A stretch of DNA of 64,000 nucleotides from Methanobacteriota archaeon (GCA_963769885.1 CAVYNH010000007.1:256001-320000), one strand, 5' to 3'; positions 9,371 to 19,103 are shown, counted from the stretch's first letter. The notes: generated by a model from the sequence alone, not told the origin. Translations and numbers: made by a program.

Positions 9371-10642
9371 CTATTGAAAATCGTTTTTTGTCAACACTTT
9401 CACCGACTTGGGCATCTTAACGACGTTGCCAAGCTTAATGCCGATGATCTCCCTGACGTTTTTGTTGTTGGCGATGTCCAGAAGCCGCTGCGTGATGATG
9501 CCGTCGAAGACCACGGCGGTGATGTTGTCCGCCTTCTTGATTTCGTCGGTGAGTTCGCGCACCGGGATTGTACGGAGCTCTTTGCCGTTTTCATCGAGAA
9601 GAACGGCTTTCAATGAGCCGGAGATCTCGTTGAGGATGTTCTCGTAGGCCTTCTGCTTCTCAGAGGTGATGACGGGTTCTTCCACGTCTTCCTCGCGGCG
9701 CTGCTGCTGTTGCTGCTGCTCCTTCTTCTTCTGGAAGAACTCCTTCTTCATCTTCTGGCCTTTCTCACCGTTCTCACGGTGGTCCTCGGTGCGCTCGCGG
9801 CCCTCGACCTTGATGTTGAACATGTCGATGTACTGCTCGCGCGGGATCTTGTTCTTCAAGGACTTCATGATCAGCTTCTGCGGGATCTCCTCGACCTCAC
9901 GCGTCTGAGGCGCCCGGGCGATGAAATCGATGTCCGCGACCTGGAGGAGCTCGCGCAGGATGAGTTCCCCACCGCGGTCGCCGTCCACGAACACAGTCGT
10001 GATCTTCTCCTTGGTCAGGTCGATGACGGTCCGGGGTACGTTCGTGCCGCCCACGGCGATGACGTTCTTGATGCCGAACTTCAGCAGGTTGAGGACGTCA
10101 CGGCGGCCCTCGACGATGATGATCGCGTCGCTGTCGTCGATGTTGGGCCCGGCGGGGCAGTGGTCCTGACCGTAGCTGACGATCTCCTCGACCTGGATGG
10201 ACTGGCGGATGTTCTCGGAGATGCTCTCGCCTTCGACCTTGCTCTTCTCCATGATCTCGTTGAGGAGCTGCTTGGCGCGGTCGATGACCTGCTTACGCCG
10301 GGAAACGCGGACGTCTTCGACTTCGGAGACCACGATGGACGCCTTGCAGGGGCCGACGCGGTCGATGCTTTCGAAGGCGGCGGCGAGGATAACGGTCTCG
10401 ACCTTGTCCAGCGAGGTTGGGAGGGTCATGAGCCCTTCGCTCTTGCCGCCCTTGGATTCGAGGTCGACTTCGATTCTGCCGACGCGTGCGGAGCGCTGCA
10501 ATTCCCGGAGGTCGAGTTCGTCCCCGAGGAGCCCTTCGGTCTGCCCGAAGATGGCGCCGACTACGTCTGATTTCTCGATGATACCGTCTGCTTTGATTTT
10601 GGCCTTAATCATGTATTTGGTAGTAGATGGATCGATGACCAT
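9371..10642 (-). CDS. dnaG: Archaeal DnaG (TOPRIM primase/exosome-associated)
   Basis: DVVGAIFGQTEGLLG, IIVEGRRDV, FVDGDRGG, VVFDGIITQRLLD. Confidence 0.97.
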   Translation of the reverse strand: MVIDPSTTKYMIKAKIKADGIIEKSDVVGAIFGQTEGLLGDELDLRELQRSARVGRIEVDLESKGGKSEGLMTLPTSLDKVETVILAAAFESIDRVGPCKASIVVSEVEDVRVSRRKQVIDRAKQLLNEIMEKSKVEGESISENIRQSIQVEEIVSYGQDHCPAGPNIDDSDAIIIVEGRRDVLNLLKFGIKNVIAVGGTNVPRTVIDLTKEKITTVFVDGDRGGELILRELLQVADIDFIARAPQTREVEEIPQKLIMKSLKNKIPREQYIDMFNIKVEGRERTEDHRENGEKGQKMKKEFFQKKKEQQQQQQRREEDVEEPVITSEKQKAYENILNEISGSLKAVLLDENGKELRTIPVRELTDEIKKADNITAVVFDGIITQRLLDIANNKNVREIIGIKLGNVVKMPKSVKVLTKNDFQ

Positions 10643-11151
10643 TGTCTATTCACCTTCATGTTTGGAGTATCGACCGTTGAAAAACAGCACCCTGCCTCTG
10701 CTGTGAACTGCAGAGTCGTGGGACTTGAGTTTTTTGCTCCTTTCCGGCCTTTTTCCTCTGGTGAAGCAGGTTAAAGGGTTAAATGTCAAGTGGTAAGTGG
10801 TCCTCTCACACGAAGGTACCGTTTTCCAGTGGTGATTCAATCTGTATGCAGATACGTAGTTTTAAGCAATATATAAATCTTATGGCTATAACCTAGGGGG
10901 GAATGAATCGTTTTGTTCTAGGTTTGTCCTTGGAATATGCCGGGTTTGTGTGATATGCGGGTAAGCCTCAGGGTCGCTCGAGGCATCAAGCCTGTATTCT
11001 GCGTTAGGCGGGGTTTTTATTAAGTACCGGCGGGGAAAGTGCTAAATAGCAATATCTTCTTATACAGTAGAGTACCGTGTTACCATTCCACAACCTTTTT
11101 TTCAATGTGGGGTGGAACCCCATAAGTGCGTAAGGGGGTGAGCGGGAGGAA

Positions 11152-12591
11152 ATGCCTATGATTCAAGGGAGAAAAAAGGGTCCTATATGTCTTGCACTCT
11201 GTGCGATGCTGATGATGAGTGGCCTTCTCGGATTCGTTATGCCTAGCCAGGCGAAGCAGACTATCACCAATGAAAGAGCTGTAGGCCGGTCTTCGACCGC
11301 GGGTGACAGCCGGTTCTGGGCGGTCCTCATTTGCGGAGACGATGATTACAACGCCGGCTTTGAGACCGACATCCGGGACATGTACCTACTGCTGACCCAG
11401 AACCTTAGCTACGACCCCGACTCCATCTACTACGTCGCTCCGTCGAACTGGAACAGCGCACCGCACTACTATGCGCTCTCGAAGGCCAACATCCAGGCTG
11501 CGATCCAGGCGCTCGGGGCACGGACGGCGGCAACTGACAACGTCTTCGTCTTGTTCGAGGGGCATGGCTCTCACGATCCGTGGGTCATCGGTCCGAACGT
11601 AAGCCCTGCCGACCTCGATGGGTGGCTGGACGCGATCGACCCCTGTTGGATCTATGGGCAACCCCGCCATTGCCAGCAAATGGTGATCCTCCTACAGTCC
11701 TGCTACTGCGGCGGGTTCATCACTACGTTGACGCAGCATCCGGCATCCTGCCATCGGCAGCGCCTCCTCATCACCTCCGCGGACTCGGTGACCAAATCCT
11801 GGGAGGACATGAACGGGGTCGGGGACCCCGCCTGGGACCCCAACGGCGCCAACGACGATGGGGCCACAAACCAGGGGAGCGCGAACTATGACGGCAGTGA
11901 GTTCTGCAGCGGCTTCCGCATGGCGCACCGGGACGTCGACGGTGACGCGTACCGCGAGGCCGACGACAACCCCTACATGAAGAAGCCGGGCTACAACCCG
12001 GACAACACCGCCCCGTACGGCAACCACAACGGCATCGTCTCGGTCAAAGAAGCCTTCAATTTCGCGAAGTTCGAGGACTGTTACTCGACCTATTGGCAGT
12101 CCTACGTGCTGGGGCAGGGCTGGGCGGTTGAATTCCCGCAGTTCTGGGACCCGATCACCTGGGGTGACCCTCAGGGCATCGACCCGGCGACGACGTACAT
12201 CTACTCCCGGGCACCCGCGAAACCGAGCACCCCCGCGGGACAGGCACAGGGAGGCATCAACAAGCCGTATACTTATACCAGCAGCGCCACAGATCCGGAC
12301 GACGACCAGGTCTACCTCCAGTTCGACTGGGGCGATGGGACCGCCAGCGCCTGGGTCGGCCCGTATGCCTCCGGCGCGACCGGGAACGCCACACATACCT
12401 GGACGACGAAGGGATACTACCAGGTCAAGGTCAAGGCGAAGGACATCCACGGCGTTGAGGGCCCCTGGTCGGATCCACTCCCCATCCAGATGCCTGTCAC
12501 CAACACGTATCATCAGACGCCGCTTCTCGTGCGATTCCTAGAGCATCATCCCCACCTGTTCCCGCTGCTCCGACACCTCTTCGACCGGTAG
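11152..12591 (+). CDS. Secreted clan CD cysteine peptidase (C13/legumain-caspase-like) with PKD domain and C-terminal tail
   Basis: Signal peptide; FWAVLICG; FEGHG (His) and LQSCYCGGF (Cys) dyad; FDWGDGT PKD; amphipathic tail. Confidence 0.8.
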   Translation: MPMIQGRKKGPICLALCAMLMMSGLLGFVMPSQAKQTITNERAVGRSSTAGDSRFWAVLICGDDDYNAGFETDIRDMYLLLTQNLSYDPDSIYYVAPSNWNSAPHYYALSKANIQAAIQALGARTAATDNVFVLFEGHGSHDPWVIGPNVSPADLDGWLDAIDPCWIYGQPRHCQQMVILLQSCYCGGFITTLTQHPASCHRQRLLITSADSVTKSWEDMNGVGDPAWDPNGANDDGATNQGSANYDGSEFCSGFRMAHRDVDGDAYREADDNPYMKKPGYNPDNTAPYGNHNGIVSVKEAFNFAKFEDCYSTYWQSYVLGQGWAVEFPQFWDPITWGDPQGIDPATTYIYSRAPAKPSTPAGQAQGGINKPYTYTSSATDPDDDQVYLQFDWGDGTASAWVGPYASGATGNATHTWTTKGYYQVKVKAKDIHGVEGPWSDPLPIQMPVTNTYHQTPLLVRFLEHHPHLFPLLRHLFDR

Positions 12592-12680
12592 AAGCCCTCC
12601 TCTTTTTCCTTTTGTTTCGTCTGAGATACGGTAGGGAATACAATTAAAACACCTCACACGGTTTCCTTGCGCGAGTCCCT

Positions 12681-14819
12681 ATGCCATCCCCTGAGAAGAT
12701 CTTCATCGGGGTCGCCTGGCCCTACGCCAACGGCTCCCTGCACCTCGGCCATGTCGCCGGCTGCTACCTACCCGCGGATATCTTCGCCCGCTACCACCGC
12801 CTCATCGGCAGTCAGGTCCTCATGGTCTCCGGCAGCGACGAACACGGCACCCCCATCACCATCACCGCGGAGAAGGAGAAGACAACCCCGCAGGCCGTCG
12901 TCGACCACTTCCACAAGGAACACACCGAGAACATGCAGCAGCTCGGCATCTCGTTTGACCTCTTCACCCGCACCACGACCACCAACCACGAGGCGACCGT
13001 CCAGGAGATCTTCCTCGACCTCTACCAAAAACAGCTCATCGTCAAACGCAGCATCGACGCGTACAGCTGCCCGACCTGCGCCCGCGGCCTGCCCGACCGC
13101 TACGTTGAGGGCACCTGCCCCTACTGCAACTCCCCTGAGGCCCGCGGCGACCAATGCGACAACTGCGGCAAACTCCTCGACCCCAGTGAGCTCATCAACA
13201 TCCGTTGCAAGCTCTGCGGCGGCACCCCGGTCAAACAGAAGACCGAACATCTCTTCTTCCTTCTCAGTTCCTTCGAACCGAAGCTGCAGGCCTGGCTGAA
13301 CGATAAGACCTACTGGAAGCCCAACGTCCTGCGGTTCACGAACAACTGGCTCGCCGGCGGCCTGAAAGACCGCGCCATCACCCGCGACATCACCTGGGGC
13401 ATCAAAGTCCCGATCTTCGGCTTCGAAACCAAACGCGTCTACGTCTGGTTCGACGCCGTCATCGGCTACCTCTCCGCCAGCAAAGAATGGGCCAAGAAAC
13501 ACAAAGAGCCCACCAAATGGAGAGACTGGTGGACCGACCCCACCACCAAGAGCTACTACTTCCTCGCCAAAGACAACATCCCCTTCCACAGCATCATCTG
13601 GCCCTCCATCCTCATGGGCTACGGCCATAACCTCAACCTCCCCTACGACATCCCCGCCAACGAATACCTCACCCTCAAAGGCGAGCAGTTCAGCAAGAGC
13701 CGCGGCATCGGTATCTTCGTCCCCGAGATCCTCAAACGCTTCGACGCCGACGTCATCCGCTACTACCTCAGCATCAACATGCCGGAGAATAAGGACACCG
13801 ACTGGGTCTGGAGCGATTTCGTCGCCAAAAACAACGACGAGCTCGTCGGCACCTACGGCAACTTCGTCCACCGCGTCCTCACCTTCACCGCCAAGAACTT
13901 CGACACCATCCCACCCACCGGTACCCTCACCCCAGCCGACGAAGACGCCCTAGCCAAGATCAAGGACACCCTCTACGAGGTCAACCAAAGCATCCACGAC
14001 TGCTCCTTCAAGAAAGGCCTCCGTAGCGCCATGAACCTCGCCCAGTTCGGCAACCAATACTTCGACAAGAACCAGCCCTGGACCCTCCTCAAAACCGACC
14101 GGAACCGCTGCGCCACCGTCCTGCACGTCTGCCTCAGAATCATCCAAGCCCTTGCCGTCTGCACCGCCCCCTACCTCCCCTTCTCCGCAGAACGCGTCTG
14201 GCGGATGCTCGGCCACACCCACCCACTCCACCACTGGGACGCCGGATTCCGCGAGCTCCCCGCCCAGGCCAAACTCGAGACACCGGCACCTTTATTTAAG
14301 AAACTGGAATTATCCGAAATCGTGACCGAAACCGACCCCTTCGCCAAACTCGACCTACGCGTCGCCAGAGTCCTCGACGTCCAAGACCACCCCCAGGCCG
14401 ACAAGCTCTACATCCTCACCATCGACCTCGGCCCGCTCGGTAGACGCACCATCGTCGCCGGCATGAAACCCTGGTACACCAAAGAGCAGATGACCAGTAA
14501 GCTCATCATCGTCGTCACCAACCTCAAGCCCGCCGTCATCCGCGGCCAGGAATCCAAAGGCATGCTCCTCGCCGCCACCGACAAGGCCAAGGGCATCGTC
14601 ACCCTCCTCAACCCCAAAGACAGCACCCCAGGCGCCGAGGTCGGCGTCGACGGCATCCCCCGCGAGCCCACCCCAAACCTGGAGTTCCCCGCCTTCCAAC
14701 AAGCCCCCATGATCGTCGACGCCAAAGGCGAGGTCACCTACAACGGGAAACCTCTTAAGACCAAAGGCAATATCGTCGTGCCAGACCAACCGGTCGCCCC
14801 TGGGGCCACCGTCTCATAA
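12681..14819 (+). CDS. metG: Methionine--tRNA ligase with C-terminal tRNA-binding domain
   Basis: AWPYANGSLHLGH, SGSDEHG, Zn knuckles, YVWFDA, QFSKS, and OB/Trbp111 domain (HPQADKL, GQESKGMLL). Confidence 0.98.
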   Translation: MPSPEKIFIGVAWPYANGSLHLGHVAGCYLPADIFARYHRLIGSQVLMVSGSDEHGTPITITAEKEKTTPQAVVDHFHKEHTENMQQLGISFDLFTRTTTTNHEATVQEIFLDLYQKQLIVKRSIDAYSCPTCARGLPDRYVEGTCPYCNSPEARGDQCDNCGKLLDPSELINIRCKLCGGTPVKQKTEHLFFLLSSFEPKLQAWLNDKTYWKPNVLRFTNNWLAGGLKDRAITRDITWGIKVPIFGFETKRVYVWFDAVIGYLSASKEWAKKHKEPTKWRDWWTDPTTKSYYFLAKDNIPFHSIIWPSILMGYGHNLNLPYDIPANEYLTLKGEQFSKSRGIGIFVPEILKRFDADVIRYYLSINMPENKDTDWVWSDFVAKNNDELVGTYGNFVHRVLTFTAKNFDTIPPTGTLTPADEDALAKIKDTLYEVNQSIHDCSFKKGLRSAMNLAQFGNQYFDKNQPWTLLKTDRNRCATVLHVCLRIIQALAVCTAPYLPFSAERVWRMLGHTHPLHHWDAGFRELPAQAKLETPAPLFKKLELSEIVTETDPFAKLDLRVARVLDVQDHPQADKLYILTIDLGPLGRRTIVAGMKPWYTKEQMTSKLIIVVTNLKPAVIRGQESKGMLLAATDKAKGIVTLLNPKDSTPGAEVGVDGIPREPTPNLEFPAFQQAPMIVDAKGEVTYNGKPLKTKGNIVVPDQPVAPGATVS

Positions 14820-14842
14820 TCAAAAAAACTAAGGAGGGGAGA

Positions 14843-15751
14843 GTGCTTCGCGTGAAGACCACCACCGTCATTTCTGAAACAAACCTACCCATCAAGCGCG
14901 TCAGCAAAGGAAAAGTCCGCGACATCTACGAAGTCGACGGCCAACTCCTTCTCATCGCCACCGACCGCATCAGCGCCTTCGACTACGTCCTCCCCGACCC
15001 CATTCCCACCAAAGGCATCTGTCTCACCCAGCTCTCCAAATTCTGGTTCGACTACACCCAAGACCTCGTCCCCAACCAAGTCATCACCACCAACATCAAC
15101 GACTACCCCAAGACTCTGCACCCCTATCAAAAGGAACTGCGCAACCGCAGCATGATCGTCAAAAAAACCAAGGTCGTCCCCATCGAATGCATCGTCCGCG
15201 GCTACCTCTCCGGCTCCGCCTGGAGCTCCTACCAAGAAGACGGTACCGTCTGCGGCATCACCCTCCCCAAAGGCCTCCGCGAATCAGACAAATTTGACCA
15301 CCCACTCTTCACGCCCTCCACCAAAGCAGCCTCCGGCCACAACCTCAATATCTCAACCGAGGAGATGAATAAGCTCGTTGGATCAAAAATCGGCAAACAA
15401 CTCGAAGATTACAGCCTCACCATCTACGAAACCGCGGCCAAATACGCCATAACCCGCGGTATCATCATCGCCGACACCAAATTCGAATTCGGCCTCTACC
15501 ATGACCAGCTCATCTGGATCGATGAGGCCCTCACCCCCGACTCCTCCCGCTTCTGGCCCGCGGATAAATACAATCCTGGCCGCCCCCAGCCCAGCTTCGA
15601 CAAACAATACGTAAGGGACTATCTCCTCAGCATCGGCTACGACAGAAACAGCCCACCGCCACACCTCCCACCCGACATCATCAAAGGAACCACCAAAAAA
15701 TACCAAGAAGCCTACGAAAAAATCACAGGAAAAAAATTCACTTTCACCTAA
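14843..15751 (+). CDS. purC: Phosphoribosylaminoimidazole-succinocarboxamide synthase
   Basis: GKVRDIY, TDRISAFD, IECIVRGY, ADTKFEFG, DEALTPDSSRFW, FDKQYVRD. Confidence 0.97.
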   Translation: MLRVKTTTVISETNLPIKRVSKGKVRDIYEVDGQLLLIATDRISAFDYVLPDPIPTKGICLTQLSKFWFDYTQDLVPNQVITTNINDYPKTLHPYQKELRNRSMIVKKTKVVPIECIVRGYLSGSAWSSYQEDGTVCGITLPKGLRESDKFDHPLFTPSTKAASGHNLNISTEEMNKLVGSKIGKQLEDYSLTIYETAAKYAITRGIIIADTKFEFGLYHDQLIWIDEALTPDSSRFWPADKYNPGRPQPSFDKQYVRDYLLSIGYDRNSPPPHLPPDIIKGTTKKYQEAYEKITGKKFTFT

Positions 15752-15849
15752 CCCCCACATACCCTTTTCCTTCCTCCTCTTTACATAGTTCTGGCAAAGT
15801 ATTAACTAGCAGAATCACCCTTCTCCACACCAAGGGGGAACTTGCCACT

Positions 15850-18393
15850 ATGAACCACTTACCACTCATCCTCATCCTTGTCGCCCTCATGGTCACACCC
15901 CTCCCACTCCAAGCATATCACACCACTCCAACCCCAAACACCACCCACACCGATGACCTCAGCCACTACACCAAACTCGAATGGACCGCCCCTACCAACA
16001 TTCTCCCCGGCACCTACCAAGACTACCTCACCACCCACCCCCTCACCGCCGCCCAGTACCATACCCCGCTCACAAGCCCTAAAACCTGCAATTACGCCAT
16101 CCTCGTCGACCACACCCTCTACCCCGACATCCAACCCGCGCTCACCACCTACCTCAACGACCTCACACGCGAAGGCTACCAACCCTACCTCGACACCATC
16201 ACCGGCGGCACCCCAGCGGACATCAAAGCCTGGGTCACCGCCCGCTACGCCCAAGGAGCCCGCGGCGCCCTCTTCATCGGCGACATCACCGCGGCCTGGG
16301 CCGATGTCAGCAATGATACCTTCCCCTGCGACCTCTACTATATGGACCTCAACGGCACCTGGAACGACACCGACGGCGACGGCGCCTACGAAACCCACAC
16401 CGGCGACATGGCCCCCGAACTCTACATCGCCAGACTCTACGCCACCACCCTCACCTACAACACCGAGGCCGCCCTCATCACCCAATACTTCACCAAAGAC
16501 CACGCCTACCGCACCGGCGACCTCACCGAGCCCTGGCGCGGCCTCGAATACATCGAAGAAGACTGGTACGATATGGACGTCAACCTCGACAACATCTACC
16601 ACGACAACGTCACCCGCTACGACTACGGTTACTTCACCACCGCCGCCGATTACCTCAACCAGATGGACCTCGGCCAATACTACACCCAAGTCTGCGCCCA
16701 CAGCTACTCAGGCGGCCACCACTTCGGCACCCGCCCCACCGAATCCGTCGCCTACGGCCACATCTACGTCTACAGCCCTACTACTCGTCTGGCCGTCCTG
16801 CTGCTCGGCAGCGATGACGGCATCGCCGCCTGGCTCAATGGAAACAGAATCTACTTCAACGACAAGTACGGCGGCTGGCACCAGGACCAGTTCCACGTCA
16901 ATATCACGCTTACCTCCGGCTGGAACAGCCTCCTCCTCAAAGTGAGCCAAGCAGGCGGAGACTTCCTTAGTTCTGCCCGCATCACCGACCCCAATGGTAA
17001 CTCCTACCCAGACATCACCTATCAGCTTAACAACCCTCAAACCCACGGCCCCGATGGGGATTACATCCGTAGCTTCCTACTCAACGGCTTCCACCAAGAC
17101 GAGTCAGGCAACTTCTGGCAGTACCTTACGACCAATTATCTCGGAGTCGATGAAGCCAGCCTCGACCCGCATACCGGTGAGCTCAATGGCGGATGCGTCT
17201 GGACCCCATACAACTCCAGCAGCCCCTACATCAATCTGGGGGCCTACTGCAATGGCGCGGACTACGGGGTCTGCTACGCCTATTGCCGCGTAAACTCAAC
17301 GTCTCAAATCAGCTGTCAGCTGCGCCTTGGCTACGACGACGGAGCCCGGGTCTGGCTCAACGGCCAGGAAGTACTCCTCGATAACCGTTATGGCAGCTAC
17401 ATCCCGGACATGACCACCGTCAATGTAACGCTTCAGAGCGGTGAGAATAGACTTATGATAAAGATCTCGGAATGGATGGGAGATAATGGCTTCAGCGCCC
17501 GGTTCTGCACCCCGACTGGTCAAGCAGTCTCTGGGCTTAGCTACGACCCCGAACCGGTCCCGGTTACACATATTGGGACGTGGTTGTTTAACGGGCCTTA
17601 TGTGAATTCCGATGTGCATACGCGTCTCTCCACCGATTATCTTAATGGGGAGGCTACGGTGGCGCCTAGCGAGGGGGATGCTGCTCCGTTCGGCAGTTGG
17701 CTGAAGGCTATCGGTGAGGGACGCCCATTCAATATCGGTGGTTTTTACGATCACGGGGACTGGGTATTTTCCAGTACCATCCAGGAGCGTGACCCCCCGG
17801 TCTTGTTCTTCAATCTCTTCGCTTGTGGACCCGGGCGGTTCACGGATGAGAACTACCTGGCTGGGGCGTACCTCTTCAATACGAGCGTGGTGCTCAGTGA
17901 TGTCGCCTCGTCGAAGAGTGGCAGTATGTTGAACTTCAAGGATTTCACGAAGCCGCTTGGCCAGGGATTGAGTCTGGGGGAGTCGTATCATATCTGGTGG
18001 GATAAGCAGGCTCCGTATTCGTTGTCGGAGAAGGAATGGTTCTACGGTTTGATCTTGAACGGTGATCCGACGCTATGCATTCCGAGTTCAGTTCAAGTGC
18101 AGGTGATAAAACCGGTGAAGGGTTTGTATCTGCGCGATCATCTATTATGCGCGTTCCCGGTGCCGGTCTGCTTGGGGAAGGTCACGGTCGAGGTTGAGGC
18201 GTTCTGTCCGCAATCGTCGATCAGCCGCGTGGAGTTCTTGGTTGATGGTGTCGTGCAGGCAACGGTAACTTCTGAGCCGTTTGCTTGGACGTGGTTGTCT
18301 CCGGCGTGGTTCCGTCATGAGCTTGGCGTCGTGGCTTATAATGCGCAGAATCGGTCAACGGCGCAGAATGTGACGGTCTGGCGGTTCTTCTAA
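15850..18393 (+). CDS. Secreted C25 (gingipain-like) peptidase with inserted PA14/galactose-binding-like domains and C-terminal Ig-like domain
   Basis: Signal peptide; ALFIGD, DLYYMDL, PELYIARL, CAHS (His), LFAC (Cys), LNGDPTL; two G[SY]DDG..xWLNG repeats between His and Cys. Confidence 0.8.
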   Translation: MNHLPLILILVALMVTPLPLQAYHTTPTPNTTHTDDLSHYTKLEWTAPTNILPGTYQDYLTTHPLTAAQYHTPLTSPKTCNYAILVDHTLYPDIQPALTTYLNDLTREGYQPYLDTITGGTPADIKAWVTARYAQGARGALFIGDITAAWADVSNDTFPCDLYYMDLNGTWNDTDGDGAYETHTGDMAPELYIARLYATTLTYNTEAALITQYFTKDHAYRTGDLTEPWRGLEYIEEDWYDMDVNLDNIYHDNVTRYDYGYFTTAADYLNQMDLGQYYTQVCAHSYSGGHHFGTRPTESVAYGHIYVYSPTTRLAVLLLGSDDGIAAWLNGNRIYFNDKYGGWHQDQFHVNITLTSGWNSLLLKVSQAGGDFLSSARITDPNGNSYPDITYQLNNPQTHGPDGDYIRSFLLNGFHQDESGNFWQYLTTNYLGVDEASLDPHTGELNGGCVWTPYNSSSPYINLGAYCNGADYGVCYAYCRVNSTSQISCQLRLGYDDGARVWLNGQEVLLDNRYGSYIPDMTTVNVTLQSGENRLMIKISEWMGDNGFSARFCTPTGQAVSGLSYDPEPVPVTHIGTWLFNGPYVNSDVHTRLSTDYLNGEATVAPSEGDAAPFGSWLKAIGEGRPFNIGGFYDHGDWVFSSTIQERDPPVLFFNLFACGPGRFTDENYLAGAYLFNTSVVLSDVASSKSGSMLNFKDFTKPLGQGLSLGESYHIWWDKQAPYSLSEKEWFYGLILNGDPTLCIPSSVQVQVIKPVKGLYLRDHLLCAFPVPVCLGKVTVEVEAFCPQSSISRVEFLVDGVVQATVTSEPFAWTWLSPAWFRHELGVVAYNAQNRSTAQNVTVWRFF

Positions 18394-18498
18394 ATTGGTT
18401 TTTATCAGTAGCGGCCGGGAATACTGCGTGGTCTGAACAACAGTGAAGACCCGCAGATGAGAGGCCGCTCGTCGTCTTTTTCTCACAACACACGTTAC

Positions 18499-19103
18499 AT
18501 TTTTTGTCGCGGCGGGCAGGCGTCCGCCTGCCCCTTTACCGCGCGACAGGAGTACAAAAACTTATGGAGAGTGTATCGAGCGGCAGCTCTAAAAAGGTTG
18601 CGGGTGACACCCGCAACAACTGGGTGACCATAATGTTCCCGACACACAAAAGGTACCGGAACTTCCGAAAACAAAGCCACATCGACACCTGCACCCAGAC
18701 GTTCCACGACCTGGAACGCCTTGGGTTCGAGTTCGGCGAATTCGGATTCGCCGAAACCCATGTACATCTCCAGGTCAACGTTCCCAAGCGGTACTCCATT
18801 GAAACCGCTGAGATTATTCTCAAGTCTTACACCTCCCGGAGAATGTTCCAGGCTCACCCCGGGTTCCACAAACGCTACCCCCGCGGGGGATTCTGGAGCG
18901 GGTACGAGCACCACGAGTCCACCGGATTGACCAGCCTTGATGAATCCTCAGCCTACCTGCGCGATCAGCAACACCATCACAACGTGACCATCATCGACAA
19001 CCGACAACAACGCCTGACCGCCGAGTGAGATACGGCAATGCCCAAGAGGGCTTGCCGAGGAACGAAGGCGGAACGGGGTCATAGGGGCGCAGCCCCTATT
19101 TCA
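18499..19103 (+). mobile_element. IS200/IS605-family insertion sequence (TnpA only, about 600 bp)
   Basis: Y1 transposase flanked by subterminal hairpins. Left: GGGCAGGCG-TC-CGCCTGCCC (18514-18533). Right: CGGCAA-T-GCCC-AAGA-GGGC-TTGCCG (19033-19057) and ATAGGGGC-GCA-GCCCCTAT (19081-19099). Ends approximate. Confidence 0.75.
18564..19028 (+). CDS. tnpA: Y1 (HUH) transposase TnpA
   Basis: HVHL (HUH), LKSYTSRR, FWSGY, catalytic Tyr in AYLRDQ; AGGAG RBS. Confidence 0.9.
   Translation: MESVSSGSSKKVAGDTRNNWVTIMFPTHKRYRNFRKQSHIDTCTQTFHDLERLGFEFGEFGFAETHVHLQVNVPKRYSIETAEIILKSYTSRRMFQAHPGFHKRYPRGGFWSGYEHHESTGLTSLDESSAYLRDQQHHHNVTIIDNRQQRLTAE

Noticed and set aside
9698-9722. CAG/poly-Gln tract in dnaG
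   Set aside because: Short (six Gln) and within the variable charged linker of archaeal DnaG; unremarkable.
19029-19103. TnpB/omegaRNA system
   Set aside because: No tnpB or iscB ORF; the right end has only about 75 nt with terminal hairpins.
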